This document shows positions 12,092-26,569 of a stretch of DNA of 64,000 nt, one piece after another. The position numbers were made by a program, and so were the translations under genes. Source of the stretch: Felis catus (Eukaryota); contig NC_058368.1 of assembly GCF_018350175.1 (NCBI RefSeq), positions 40,860,001 through 40,924,000 on the forward strand, written 5' to 3'. The notes beneath the pieces are model-generated. The model did no database searches and was not told the DNA's origin. It was given only the letters and a program-made list of their open reading frames with translations. Positions within the stretch are counted from its first letter, which is position 1; every line of letters starts with the position of its first letter.

Positions 12092-12318
12092 TTTTATTTA
12101 TTTATTTATTTATTTATTTATTCATTCATTCATTCATTCATTCATTCATTCATTTATTCATTTAAGAGAGAGCGTGAGTGTGGGGTGAGAGGGGCAGGGG
12201 CAGAGAGAGAGAGATTGCACAGAGCCTGATGTGGAGCTCGATCCCATGACCCTAGGATCATGACCTGAGCCAAAATCAAGAGTCAGACACTTAACCAGCT
12301 AAGCCACCCAGGCCACCC
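12092..12318 (-). mobile_element. CAN-SINE with internal deletion; (TTTA)n(TTCA)n tail
   Basis: ATCATGACCTGAGCCAAAATCAAGAGTCAGACACTTAACCAGCTAAGCCACCCAGG is the antisense head. Confidence 0.95.
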
Positions 12319-14129
12319 TTCACTGCCCATACTTTTTGTTAAAATGTTGCAGATTTACCTTATGTATAATCACGGAAAAGGAAGGGGCACAAATTTAAAT
12401 TTCGTCGTTTTTAGGACAGGATTCTCTAAGGCTACATGGTGATGAGAGTGCAATTATGATGGGAGTTTTAAGGAAGTGAATCTCACAAGGTACAGGACCC
12501 AGTCAGTTCTTCTAAAAAAAATACTACCTGTCACTTCAATCTAGAAAACCAGAATCTCAATTTATGTATTTTATTAACATGTAATATGTGGCCCCTTAGT
12601 ATTTGATAAGACATGTCTAATAATAATTTAGCATTTTGAAGACCATGTAATCAGAGTGTTTAGATCCCAAAGAATAAAGTACCTGGTATTGTTCTTACAG
12701 TGTTGCAGATGAAAGCAAACTTCAAAATTCTAATTTTCAAAGAATGCTAAACAGTTATGGATAGAAAAATGCTCCACTGTTTTCCTACTCACAAGCAGTA
12801 AAGACTGAAACTACATGAGTGTTAGGTATATGTCAGTGTAAGTGATTTACTATATAGAGAATATATAATGAGAAAAACTCCAGTTTGTATTTATACGAGG
12901 GGGCTCATTGTAATTATGTAGAAGTCTAAGAGTGACTTCAACATACAAAATTTAGTGTATATAGAAACAAAAATTTAGATTCTGAGTTGTACACATATAG
13001 AAGATATAATTATATGGAGTTAATGTGATGTCAATGAATAGTAAAAACAAGGAAAGAAAAGAAGAGAAAAAGAGCTTGTTGAAATATAAGTTTGAAAATG
13101 TTTTGGAAGAAAATTATCATTAGTTAACATTGTAAACTCATTGTGTTTGGAATCCTACCTTACCTTACAAGAGTTTTTGACCTTTCATAATACTCAAAAT
13201 TATTGGATGATAATTGATTGCAAAATACTCCCTGAAAACATTCCAGTGGGACTGCCAAGTGGCAAACCAAGACCTATAATAGGTGTTAATATTACCAAAT
13301 GATTGTTGAATGAAAAACCAAAAATATTATTCTTAAAAGGTGTATTCAGCATCCTATGAAACTATAAAATATACAATACAAAATTTGGAAACAGTTCTGA
13401 AAAAGAAAACTGATATATTTAAAATGTGTTGAAAGACATTATTTCCTGTATGAGCACAGTTACTCAATTAAAAGTTAGGTTAGGAAAGGTGAAGTCTTAG
13501 AGAATGTGTAATATGAGAAGACCATAGAATCATTAATATTTATATAATCATGAAAGATATGTATGAAAAATGTATTTTAACATATTCTCTTCTCATTTTC
13601 CATACCCCTGTCAAGAGTCATAATGAGTAAAATCTTTAGGAGCTGTAGCCGGCCACCCCAACCCATTATCTCTTTTTAACTGATATACAATTTGTAACTA
13701 CTATATCAATGCTTCAGGTAATCACTTATTTTAAAGTTGAAGGGGAAGGAAATTAAATATGGTAATGAAACATCTGGTCACCTTCTAAAATATCATTAGT
13801 AACATGGCCCTTTTCTTTCTTGGGTTATGTCATACACTTGCTTCAGGTAACTGTGAGTTACAACTTTACGGTTTATACAATTTTATAGTCATTTATTTGT
13901 CTTTTTTCTTTTTTGGCTAAAATAATCGATCAGGCAATTGGAATCTAATTTCATTTTTAAAATATGAGAAACAGAAACAAGCATTTACAATATGGATTAA
14001 GATAGGATAGATTATTTGCAATAAATATATTGTAGAATGATATAAAATATCTTCACATGTTTTATTGGATGATACATACTGAAATAGAAAGAAACTAGGT
14101 AATGTCTTAAATAGTTTTAGCCAAAATTG

Positions 14130-14315
14130 TGGGTGTGTATGCACATACATACTACCAATTCAAATATATGTCAAACATATATCGAATACATATATACATA
14201 TATTTTAAATATATATGTAAGGTATATACATATAGTATATATGTAATGCATATATTACATATATGTACACATATATGTACACATATACGTGTGTGTTGTA
14301 TATATATGTATATAT
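14130..14315. repeat. (TA)/(CA)-rich low-complexity repeat
   Basis: Degenerate ATATAC/ATATGT array. Confidence 0.85.
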
Positions 14316-14674
14316 CTCAAAACTAAATTGGTAGTTTTGAAAAACACTGCTGTAGATTTAAACAATCAGCATATCTTAACAATACTGAGTTGGTTGCTCA
14401 AGGTTGCTTAAGAATGACTGAGAATAATTCCTCATGTTTAACAGGTGGAAAATAAAACACATTTGGGCATTCTATATGGTATTAATATGTATTTTCTTTT
14501 TTCTCCTGAGACTTTCTTATGAGTGAGGCAATTTTTTTACAGCTTTCAAAGAATGAAAGAAGTTATGTAAATATGTTGCTATGGAGAAATCCTTGACTAC
14601 ATAATCTTTTCTATTTTCTAAGTGACCTGATCAATATGCCTTGTTGCCCAAAGGAGTGTTTAAAGTTTTATATA

Positions 14675-14767
14675 AGCACACATATACGTATATACACATA
14701 TTTTCAGTACATAATTTCAGTGTACACACAAATATACGTGTGTATATATATATATATATTTGTGTAT

Positions 14768-14813
<46 letters not shown>
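14675..14813. repeat. Compound (TA)n/(CA)n microsatellite
   Basis: Pure TA and CA runs at about 14744-14813. Confidence 0.95.
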
Positions 14814-14818
<5 letters not shown>

Positions 14819-15514
14819 CATCTATATTCATACATATTGTATGTCCTCAATGTTCTGTTACTGTTACCATAGTTTCTACTCAGAGTGAGGTCCTTGCCTT
14901 CTGGACTTGAATATTTACTGCTAATTTCTGGCTTCTGATAGTCTGACCCCCAAATCTTATTACATAAAACTTCTAGATTGTTAGGACACTTCATACCAGT
15001 TCTGCTTGTTTTGTCTGTTTGTAAGTATTTGCACATAGTTTGAAATAAGCCAGATTTCTCAGATATTTTCATATGTGATACATTTAATTCAGTTTTGATG
15101 CTGTTTTTTCTCCCATATGATTTCTAAGACTTATAGCAAAATAATTTAGACTAAGTTCCCACCATACCTGTACTACATTATGCAGGGTGAATGCCTGATA
15201 GAGCAAATAGAGGGAATGGAACCTGAGATGTATTAGGATCTAGAATATTCAAGCCCTTAAAACTATTCCTACATAGTCATATCTATTGTAATGGTTCTGC
15301 GTATTCCAAGGTATACGTTCATGTGTTTAAAGATAATTTCCTTAAAATAGAGGTATACCTGGTGAGTCTGTGAGAGTAGGGAGAGATAAAACTGGAGAAA
15401 ACAAGTCATGAGAAAGTAGAATTAAGGAAAAGTAGGGGAACTCAAAGATAGAAAAGTGAACCATGATTATGATGAAATGGCTAAATACTAGTGGTTAATA
15501 GATATTTAACTTAT

Positions 15515-15660
15515 TCAAGTTCACTTCTATTTGGTAGGTATCATTATCTTCTTTTTTACCTATGAGAATTAGAAAGGTTAAGTAACATTTCCAAGTTCAT
15601 TGGGCTACAAATTGACAGTTTAATTCAAACATAGTTGATTCAGGAGCCGAAGCTCTTACT
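15515..15660 (-). mobile_element. MIR fragment
   Basis: GGTAGGTATCATTATC...AAAGGTTAAGTAACATTTCCAAGTTCA. Confidence 0.7.
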
Positions 15661-16107
15661 TCTGGGTGACAATGTAATGTGGGAAACCAGGCACTCTTAC
15701 TTGGGAGGAGGGGGTCAGAAGCAGACTGCTAATGCTGCTGTCGTAGGGTCTTCACAGGGACTCCAAGGTGACTGGACCTACTGAAGTACCTTGAACAGTT
15801 TTCCAATTACTGTTAAGTGTGGTGGTGCTACTAATACCCTTGTTCTTCACACTGCCGTATATATTCTTAAAATAAAGTTTTGTTAACACAATAAACCTGA
15901 ATGAGTTTCTATTTCTTACGCCCTGAGATTCTAACTAAAAAATATATAGCAGTAGTCTTAAAAATAACATCTTAAAATGCAGGTACTTATCTTTGTTAAA
16001 GTACAAATTCCTTATATTAAGGTCCACTCTCATTTTCTGAGTCTAGTTTTGTTTTGCTTTCTTTTACTCTGGGAGTGGCTCCTTTGTCTAATTTAAAATC
16101 CTAGTTA

Positions 16108-16320
16108 GGGGCACCTGGGTGGCTGAGTCTGCTATGCATCCAACTTCGGCTAAGATCATGATCTCATGGTTCCTGAGTTTGAGCCCTGCATTGGGCTCTG
16201 TGCTGACAGCTGGGAACCTGGAGCCTGCTTCAGAGTCTGTGTCTCCCTCTCTCTCAGCCCTTCCCTTGCTCATGCTCTGTCTCTCTCAAAAATAAAGAAA
16301 CATTAGGAAAAAAATTAAAA
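16108..16320 (+). mobile_element. CAN-SINE
   Basis: GGGGCACCTGGGTGGCTGAGTC head; TSD TTAAAATCCTAG on both sides. Confidence 0.97.
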
Positions 16321-16509
16321 TCCTAGCTAAATGAACCAAATCTTCATTAGGTATAACTATTTAAAATAATTCCATTTTAATACTTTTTTGATTTTATTTA
16401 TTTTTTTTTAGTTTTTAAATCCTTTTAGTCAAAAAAATTTTGATGAGAAATGTCTTTCACTTATTTTTATTTTCTACTATCTGTATATTTATAAATATCC
16501 ATTCTTCTA

Positions 16510-16612
16510 ATTTTTTTTCTTTTGATTTGAGTATAGTTGACAATGTTACATTAGTTTCAGGTGTACAACATAGTGATTCAACTTCCTTACACACGATGCT
16601 GTGTTCACTCAT
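16510..16612 (-). mobile_element. Short L1 3' end (carnivore L1-like)
   Basis: TATAGTTGACAATGTTACATTAGTTTCAGGTGTACAACATAGTGATTC with poly-T at left. Confidence 0.8.
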
Positions 16613-19600
16613 TAAGAAGAGCTGATCTCAGTAATAGGTACTATATGAGCATTCTCATCTTACTCTGAATTTCAGATCATTTTTCTCTCTCTGGCCTCTT
16701 GTTTCAGTTATGTGAAATGTTTGAAATATGTGTATTAAAAACATGTTTCCCTCACTATCTATCTTGTTGTGCATTCATGTGATGTAAATGTTTAATGAGA
16801 GATTCATCTTCCGGTTAGAATGTAAAATGTCTCTGTTCAGTCACTCAATCTATCAATAACACAGATCATCATATCTATTTTTAAAGTATCATCATAAACT
16901 CTACTCCTGCTTAAAGAGCTACATGCCTCAGATACTTGCCATTTTCCAGAACTGAATTAAGAAAATGATTCAGCAAACTTACCCACTTCTAGTATACAAT
17001 GATCTTAAATAAATGTCATATATTTATATACACATATATATGTATATATATGACTACAGATATGTATTTTCCTATAGAGAGAGATATATAGAGATATATA
17101 GTGTATATATAGGATATCTATCTATCTATATGTATGTATAGGGTACTTTTTCTATAAGAATTTTAGCCCACTGCATGCCTCATATTTAATATATTCTATA
17201 GATGTCTTTTAACCCTGTTGAAGCTTTGTGAATATTGATTACAGAAAGACTGAAAAAAATCTTTCCAAAACTCATGGAGATATAAAAAAGCAAACCCTGG
17301 AGTTTAAAGTTAGAAATGGAAGCTAGACTTTCTTTTGTGTATCTCCAGTGTCTATCTAGCTGAAGATCTAGGTATCCATTTCATATCCCACCAGTATTCT
17401 CAGAGGTCTACACAAAAGACTCAATGTATCTTCTGGACAAAAATTGACATGTTTGGCACCCTCTGGTATCTGAACTAAGGCAGCAGGGATGAAAATATCC
17501 TGATCCCCATAGGTGGTTCCTCAAGCTCAGGCCTGAGGCATTGTTTCAGAATGGAGTAGATAATGCTACAGTTATTATATATAAAAATAGAAGACTTCTC
17601 AACTTGGCATTTTCCATGAATGCTGAATTCATTTTTTAAATGGGGAGAACTATATAGAGTGGACAGATAAATAACTCTAGAAGATTATTTTCTATATGCT
17701 CAATGCTCATGATAGGCTTGGAAATTTTCCTTTTCACATGTTCCGTGTTTAGTCACACAGCAAATGACTATTTACTTTCCCAATTAAGTTTGTGCTCAAG
17801 CTATTTGTGTAGCTCAAAGGATGCAAGACACAAGAGAGATTTGAGTTTAGTCAAAGGACAAAAAACAAGATATGTAAGAAAGGATGATTTGTCTCTAATT
17901 CCTAGCACTGGAGTTGTTCCAAGGCTACAAGACAAACAAAAGTGAATTTAGGACAGCTGGAACAGAGAAGCCCCTTAAGGTCCCCTGCCTTAGTCTAAGT
18001 TTTCCAATTCTGGTAAAAAGTTCTAGAAACACATTGTAGAGAAACAAATGCTTGCCATAAACTTTGCATCTCCATAGTGGTCCATTTATTGTTAAGCATA
18101 TTGGAGTATGTGAAGAATTGAAAATGATATCTTAATAAAGCTGTTTCTAAATGATACAGAAAGAACAGAACCTAAAACCAGCCATCCCAACTGCATTCTG
18201 ACCCCACTGAATGGTTCGGATCACAACCTTTTGAGCAACAAGCTCAGAATCAGTGAAAAACTCATGTTAGATTCTGCTTTTGACTTTGCTTTCCCACCAC
18301 TGTGCCAGATGGTACGTTTACAGGTGTATTTTTATAGCTGTTACTTACTTAAAATTCTGCATATAAGAAGCCAATTTTCTAATTTGCTCTTTTTAAAAGT
18401 TGATAGAGTATTTGAAGTAATTATAAGTAATTATTCCAACATTTATCAAAATAAATACATCAATTATAAGAGACAATTAATTAACAACCCCATAATTCAT
18501 TCCTTTTTTATGAGTGTAGCACATTATTCAAAGGAAGGGTATCAGGAACAAATGACAGAAAGATTTTCATTAATTTATTAAACCTCAAATGTTTACCATG
18601 TTTTATCAAAATGTGACTCAGAAAAAATTTATAGTATAGAGGTTAAATTCTAACAGAGCCTGGTGGGTGAACTATACTAACAACAGAATGAGTACTAAAG
18701 CAGGAATAGGATTTTCAAGAACCAGTTGACAACTTCACCACAGTTATATAAAAACACTTTATAAAGTAAAATCACTGTGATGTCGTCTCTAAAGCCATGT
18801 AAAGTACACTATATGCTGAGGTTGTTGCAAATGTATTTTATTATTTTATGGAACGTGACCCATGCTTGAACAAAAACGTTCAGCATCTTAAGTAATCAAC
18901 ATTAAGAGTATTTATCTTGAATGTTTCCACTCTTTTATGTACTCTGACCTTGCACTTTGATACAATTGCTGGTTTTATATTTCTCTACATGGCATTTATA
19001 GATGAAATGGAATCATTAATCACTCTAAACACTTTCTTACATGGTCTTTGCAACAAACTTACTTTGAGTTTACACAACATAGCTTTTTAAATGCAAATAA
19101 AGCTTCCTAGTTTCCTAAAATGTCTTTTCTCTCAACGGAGGGGATTAGATATTGGTATTCTCAGCTGCAGACTCCTGACAAACCCATTATATTACCACTC
19201 TGTCCTTGCAACAGTCACAGCCTGTTAAAGGAAGAGGTTGTAAATTCTAGCCACTCATTTTCCCATTTCACTATCCATAGGAGCTAGTGAAAAGATGGAA
19301 CTCTTCAGTTCTACCCTTTTATGTCAGTTAAAATAATAGCCAAATTCATTTCTCCCCCACAGGATATAATTGAGATATAGGCAATGATTCCAAGCAACAC
19401 AGAGCATTTTTGTAGAAGAGTCAAATCAGTCTCTCGCTCTGCACAACTGCCAAATAAAAGGCTTTATGATTTTGTTACTTGCATGGGAAATGTTCAGAGA
19501 GCACTGCCAAGTGCAAGGGTGCTCTTCTGTTTCCCACTAGTCCTCTGTCACAATCTATCCATGTGCTACAGTGTTACCATGACAGCTTCCTTTATCATAC

Positions 19601-20902
19601 TTTATTCAAGGACACATAAACTGAAAGGAAAAAGATCAAACACATAACATTTTTCTCAAAGATGTTTATCATAATATGTACATAAAAAGCAAAATATATG
19701 TAAAAGCAGAGCTTTCAAATACAAGTAAAAAAAATACATCAAGTGTCTTCACTTTTAGTATTTCAACTATTGAAGACATTTGATTTCTTCTGTGACTGAA
19801 CAGAATACCAGCCCCCATATTTGAGAGACTTAACATAATGTTTGAATTGAACACGGCACTTTAATTAAGATATATGTGGTGAAGACAGTATGTATTTATA
19901 AAAATATCAGAGATGATTGTGCTAAGCACTTTTTAAATTTTTTTTAGTTTTTGTATATTTAAAGTTTTACATTGTTATAAAGGATATGATTCCTACTTCC
20001 TAGAGGAAAACAAATAAGAAGGCGGGTTTCTAGGACACATTTACTAGTTGTGTATCATTTAGGAACCCATAAATACCAAATAAGCAGAAAGTCAGATTTT
20101 ACTAAAGGAAGCATTCAGTATTCTTTACTGTATTCTCTTGGGTCTACAAAGACATTCCTACAATTAACACTTAACAAAACGAATTTATTCAGAAAACTGA
20201 AGCTCCCCAGGAAACATTTGGTCATCAACAGATTATACTGACTATAATAATGTTTAGGGAGAGATAAATATAGCCTGCGAAGAGGAACATGAGCATTGCC
20301 TAAACCCACTGGGAGCAGATCTTGAGATTTTTCACAGTGGTAGGTGTTTATCATTCTCAGTTAAGTTTAATATGAAGTTTGAAAGGACTACATGAATTTT
20401 CAGAATTTTTGATTCAAAAATCACATTACTTAATTAGATCACATTAATGTGTATCATATTTGCAGAAGTTGTTGAAAAGTGTAATGGAGAAAATTAGCTA
20501 AATATTTTTAAGGAAAAATCATCCAATACATATCCCGTTTCAGTTTAAAAGGAATAATTGTTGTTGTTGTTTTAATTTAGAATCTAGACTCATGTGTAAT
20601 AACAGTAGACAAACTCAACAGGCATTTGGTCTACCTTTGTATCTCATCAGGAATGTTTTTTTACAATATTTCATACATTAAGTTGTATAATCTTGCACTT
20701 CAAACTTCTGGTAAAAGATACCCAAATTATTTTATAACCTGTTACTTCTTTTTTTAATATGAAATCTTCCTGGCTGACTTAACATTAGTTTGATATATCC
20801 ACTAATACCTAATGTTTGGTATAAACATTAAATTTATATATCCACTCAGTTTTTTACTAAAAATTATATCGCTTTAAATAATCAATATGAATTTATAATC
20901 TG

Positions 20903-21150
20903 GGGGTGCCTGGGTGGCTTCAGTGGTTAAGTGTCTGCCTCTTGATTTCAGCTCAGGTCATGATCTCAGTTTGTGGGATTGAGCTCCATGTCAGGCTCTG
21001 TGCTGACAGTGCAGAGCCTGCTTGGGATTCTCTCTCCCTCTTTCTCTGCCTGTCTCCCACTCTCACATGCTCTGTTTCTCAAAATAAATAAACTTTTAAG
21101 ATAAGATAAGATAAGATAAGATAAGATAAGATAAGATAAATAATAAAATA
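20903..21150 (+). mobile_element. CAN-SINE with (ATAAG)n microsatellite in tail
   Basis: GGGGTGCCTGGGTGGCT head, CT tract, about eight ATAAG units at 21098-21138; degenerate TSD ending TCTGG. Confidence 0.97.
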
Positions 21151-21358
21151 AACTTATACTCTGGATCCCACATCTTCTCTTCTCAAATCAAATATCAAAT
21201 ATTCTTCCCACAGCACACCAATTCAATTATTTCATAATTCTGTTTGTCTCCTCTTATATTTATCTAGCTTATAAATTTTACTCTTCAAGTATTCTCCTTA
21301 AAAAAATGGCAGAATGCAGTAGAAATTTTACTACTTTTGCTATAAAAAATAGTAGTTG

Positions 21359-21910
21359 AGTGTTTCTCAAAATACTGTTCCACAGGGTTATGTTCCACAA
21401 GTGATATTTAGATATGTTTATGGGACATCAGTTCTGTTATAAAATATATACGAGAGGTACTGTGTTAACAGGTTTCTAGAAAACAGAACTTATAAAATGT
21501 TATTAATTACCAATGGAGTATCTAAGTAGTCAATACCATAGAAACAAAAGGCAGAATAGTGGTTACCAAGAGAAGAGAAAATGAGAGTTGTCATTTCGTG
21601 GGTGCAGAGTTTCAGTTTGCAGGATGAAAAAGTTCTGGAGATCTGTGTCACAACAATGTAAATATACTTAACACTACTGAACTGTACTCTTAAAAATGGT
21701 AAATTTTATATTAAATTTCTGTACCACAATAAAAAATTGTTAATATTCTATTGTTGTATCTTACAAATCTCTATATATGGCTTGAATCGTTGCCCAAACC
21801 AATTTGATCATACCTATTTTTTAGTTTTGTTTGGTTTTGTTTTGTTTTTGAGGTACATATATTAACACCTTAGAGAAATATATATGCAGTATATTTTGAT
21901 GAACTACTGG
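21359..21910. mobile_element. hAT-Charlie-like MITE interrupted by an L1 3' end
   Basis: Starts AGTGTTTCTCAAAATACTGTTCC and ends ATATTTTGATGAACTACTG (degenerate inverted termini). Confidence 0.4.
21512..21737 (+). mobile_element. L1MB-like 3' end
   Basis: AGAATAGTGGTTACCA...AGAGTTTCAGTTTGCAGGATGAAAAAGTTCTGGAGAT...ACTGAACTGTACTCTTAAAAATGGT...AATAAAAAA. Confidence 0.85.
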
Positions 21911-22297
21911 AGCTTTGTTATTGAAGATTAAGATTACAAGACTTTAGATTTATCCTGATGAGAGCCAAATTTCTATTTTTCTAACCTATCACTTCCTCAT
22001 GGAAAGATGATTTTTAGCTTAATTATTTACCTAAGAACCCATTTAGGTTGGTGCTATCTGGAAGATATGAGAACTTGTCTACTATATCTTCATCCAAATA
22101 TTTAATAATATATGCTTTATAGGATCTAGATAAAAACAGAATTCTGTGCATCTTGCTTAAGACTTCCTCCTTGACTGCTTTTGTTTTATAAAATAACATT
22201 ATGTTATTTTCCTTATTCAAAAAGATACTTAAGTCCACTTTCATTCAGATAATATTAGTCCATATATAGTATCAGGTCATGAAAATGACTATGTCAA

Positions 22298-22514
22298 TGA
22301 CACCTGGGTGGTTCAGTTGGTTAAGCATCCGGCTTCAGCTCAGAGCATAGTCTCACAGTTGGTGAGTTCAAGCCCCCCATCGGGCTCTGTGCTGACAGCT
22401 CAGAGCCTGGAGCCTGCTTTGGATTCTGTGTCTCCCTCTCTCTCTGTCCCTCCCCTGCTCATACTCTTGTCTGTCTCTCAAAAATAAATAAACATTAAAA
22501 AAAATTTTAAAAAT
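22298..22514 (+). mobile_element. CAN-SINE
   Basis: Canonical body; exact 13-bp TSD ATGACTATGTCAA at 22285-22297 and 22515-22527. Confidence 0.97.
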
Positions 22515-22656
22515 ATGACTATGTCAAATAGAACATTAAAATCACAGCATGCCTTATCCAAGCTACCTTTTGCTCTATTGGCCAATTATAAAATATTTAT
22601 AATTCACTTTGTCGATATTTTCCTAATAATCTCAGTTCAAGCCTAAATATGTCCAT

Positions 22657-22783
22657 GGGGCACCTGGGTAGCTCAGTTGTTTAAGTGTCCTACTTAGGCT
22701 CAGGTCATGATCTCACCATTCCTGAATTTGAGGCCCACATTGGGCTCTGGGCTGACAGCACAGAGCCTGCTTCAGATCCTCTG

Positions 22784-22818
<35 letters not shown>

Positions 22819-22879
22819 GCCCCTTCCTGGTTCTCTCTCTCTCAAAAATAAATAAACATTATTTTTTTTTAAAAAAAAT
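22657..22879 (+). mobile_element. CAN-SINE
   Basis: GGGGCACCTGGGTAGCTCAG head; TSD CCTAA(A/T)TATGTCCA. Confidence 0.97.
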
Positions 22880-24921
22880 CCTAATTATGTCCAAATCTTT
22901 GTGATTTCTTTAAAAATGAAGAAACAATTCAATAATTTTATTATAATGTTTATAAATAAAACCTCAAATTTCTTGGGGAGGAAAATTATAAAAAACAAAA
23001 ATAAATACAAATGAATGGAAAATAAATACATATATCTAATTGAATATCACAAAATAAGATTGACATATTCAGTAAATTTAATTACGTACAAAGCCATAGC
23101 ATTACTATGGAAGGTAGAGAAAATTTTTTTATCATTTTGTCAACGTAAGCTGGGGGTCCATTATTAACCCCTGAAACAGAAACAGATTTAAATTTATTAC
23201 CTTATTACAAACCTCCCTATGTTTCATGCATTACCTGTCCCCAAATGTAATTTAATATTATGCCAACACAATAAGATTAAAAACATTACACAGAACCAAT
23301 TTATTCAGAAAATATTTTGAAGTTTTACTTTTAATGTAAATACTTTACCATTTATTTCACCTGCGTGAATATTGAGTTCACATTGTCTTTGTAGACCTAA
23401 ACCAACCTGTATTTAAATAGACTTATGAATGCTAGGAAATACATCAATTCATGATCTTTCAAAGGCATTAAAATCTATAAAAGGGTCTCATTTATGTATA
23501 AAATCCTACCCTTTATTTTTTGCTTTTTTATGTATTGTGATAAAAAATTAAATTCCATTTTGGTCTTTTTTTTTTCCTCTAAGAGCAGAGAGTTGTTAAA
23601 AAGTCTATTAGAATCCATTACAGTAGTGTTTATTTACTCGTACAGTTTTCTCTCCATAGTTTCTCCTTAGAATATACCCAGCTTCTACAATTCTGATTTG
23701 GTTATTTCTGGTTTTTAGTGAAGGGCACAATGCTCTATTTATAGGGAAGATTGTATTTGTATCTGTCCTAATGAAAAATGTTATTTTCCTCATTATATTA
23801 GTTTCCAATTGGAATAGGGAAAATTGTAAACTTATCTGGGCTGATTTCTGATTATGACTCCTGCTGGTCTTTAAGTGTTGTGTTTATTCTTACCAACCTC
23901 AACAAACAGAACAATCACAATAAGTAAATAAGACTGTATCTGCAATCTTGTGGTCCATTCAATTTATGAGACATAGAAACATCAATATTTGAAAAGTGAA
24001 GAGAACTGTCATTTTGCAAATGTCCATTTAAAAATAGGCCCAGCTCATGTAGGCAAGTGAATGTGGAAGTCTGTTATAAAACAGCAAACCAATGTTTCTC
24101 TCTCCTCTCATAAAAGTTTGAAATGGAATACTATAATAAGTACAATTATATAATGTTTTCTGTAAATATTAATTGTATATTTAGAGTCATGCAATGTGGT
24201 AGGAAATAGTGAATTTAAAACATCTTAATTAATCACTTTGACATGTAAGGGACAAGATTTTCAGCTGTTGTGCTTTGCTGATAGAAATGATATTGTCTCC
24301 CTCTTACTGTTCACCTGTAATGACAGAGATTTCATAAACCAAATACCTCCCACTTCCACCCACCAAAGCTTGACACCATTCCCCAACTTTTCTTAGTTAC
24401 TTTTATTAAATAAGGCTGGAGTTCCTTTCTGTTTTTGCTCCATGTGTTTGAAGTATTGCTGACCTTCACTTTATAGATTGTAAGAAGCAACTGCATTAAG
24501 ATACCTATAAAAATCAATCCGTCAATCTGAATGATTATTCTGCTTTTAGAACTCTGCTTGAAATATAATTTAAAAAACCCTGCTGTACCAGTCATTATCA
24601 GGAATTATCATTATGTAAAAGACACAGTTAAGCACTTTTTGTTACCAATGAGCATGTCCCAAAACATAACACAGAAAATTATTGATTGCATTTTTTGAGA
24701 TCGTTGCAAAAAAAACAAAAAAACAAAAAAACCCAACATCTAGTTTTTCCTTCACCCAACACCTAAATTCAAATTAATAATTATAGCAAGATAGAGTTAA
24801 GGTGATTAACTGTTTAACTGAATAAAGTAAAATCAGAGGTTAAATGAGAATTAAATCCAGGTAGATTCTATTATATATACACTATTAATAATTGAGCATA
24901 GAACAGGGCAATGTTTAGAAT

Positions 24922-25360
24922 TGTTATGGTTATTTACTGCGGTGAAACAAATCAACTAATCTTCATTGGCTTAAAAAATACTTATTTTTCTCATGAATCT
25001 GCAATTTGGATAGGACTCATCTGTGTCAGTTAAAACAGCTCAACTGGGGCTAAAGAATTCACTTCTAAGATGGTTCACTCACATGGGTAGCAAGTTGTTG
25101 GATGGTTGTTTCTTTTCACATGGGCTTGTCTATGGGGTCACTTGTTCTTCCTCATTGCTGGGGTTCAGGAGCAAGAATCCTAAGGGACAGAACATGGACG
25201 ATGTCAGTTCCTTAAGGTCTGAACTCATAATCTGGCCTAAAGTCACAAATGCTTTATTCTATTGGTCAAGCAGTTACAAAGACCAGATACAAGGGGAGGG
25301 AACATAAATCTCATTCTGGCTGAATGGGTATGGGGGAAAAAATGGGGCCATGCTAAAACT
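24922..25360 (-). mobile_element. MLT1-type MaLR LTR
   Basis: TGGCTTAAAA...TCTCATGAATCTGCAATTTGG...AAGATGGTTCACTCACATGG...ATTCTATTGGTCAAGCAG...CAAGGGGAGGGAACATA. Confidence 0.75.
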
Positions 25361-25437
25361 TTCCTTTTAATTTCATTATCAACACTCTGGACAGCCACGT
25401 TTAAATTCTAGTATAGCGGTGTTAATCGTTTATCAGC

Positions 25438-26171
25438 TGATGGGTTTTTGGGAGTGATGGTGGGGGTTCAGAGCTGATGGCCAAGAAATTTTTCAGGAAT
25501 TCTTGAAGATGTCTTTGGTGCAAAAAGGCAATTTTATTAATGCTCAGGGACAGGACCCATGGGCAGAGAGAGCTGCCCTGGGTTTGTGACACGTAACACA
25601 TTATATACCTTCAGGTTAGGAGGAGGTTAGGGATAGATTAAGTCCCCAAGGTATTTTGGAAGCAAGCTCTCTAGGATCTTGAGGGGCTAGCTGCTGTTAG
25701 GAAAATATCATTTATTACTGTTTAGTAAAACCTCAGTCATGAGACCCTTAAGATGTATATCAGGGGGCCATAAATTTGGAGTATGATTGCCAGCATATAC
25801 CTTGGGGGAGTTAAGATAAAGCAAGTTTTCAAAAAATTTTACAAGTTAAAGTAGACTTACAGGATCCTGAAGGGTCAGGATAATGTTAAGTCAAGATTCC
25901 CTTTTGCCCCTAGCAAAGTGTCAACATTGAGGCAGCTGGACTCCTTAGGAGGCCTATTTCAAGGACTTGTCAATGGGCTGTAGACATTAAGGAAATTTAA
26001 TTTTTCATTTGCCTTAGTTTTCCACATCACCATGGCAAGCACTTAAACCCCTTTCCTTTGTTCTTGGATAGCCAGGAGTGTCAGAGGAGTATCACACTTA
26101 TCCCATCCTGGGGGTGGGGAGATGCTGTTAGCCTGTACTTTGCCCTCTGCTTGCCCAACACTCCCTCATCA
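25438..26171 (-). mobile_element. Solo ERV LTR, carnivore-type (copy 1)
   Basis: TG...CA termini, TSD TCAGC/TCAAC, minus-strand TATA (GGTATATAA) and AATAAA; colinear with 29055-29749. Confidence 0.85.
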
Positions 26172-26569
26172 TCAACAAATGTAAAATATATTTCTGAGAC
26201 ATTCTCTAATCCAATAGGGATAGATTTCCCCAATAATTAGGTTGCTAACACTTGGTTTTATTTATTTGGCCAGCTCTGTGGATGAATACTGACCCAAAAT
26301 AAGTTCATCAGATTCTCTCCTCTTGGAGTTTGAAATTGGGTCTGAGATATAGTCAATCATCTTTGAAAGTGGATTGAAAGTTTATATAAACTCAGGAATT
26401 TTGCAGAGACTATTTCAGGCTATGTGCAACAGAGGAAGTGAAATCAACTTAAAGAGAAAGAAAGCTGAGAATCCAATAGGATGTAAGAAAGAAAGTAAAT
26501 GAGAAACAGAAGCTGTCTAGATACTTGATTACTGACTTTCCAGATTCTCTTCCCTCGGTCATTTATGCA

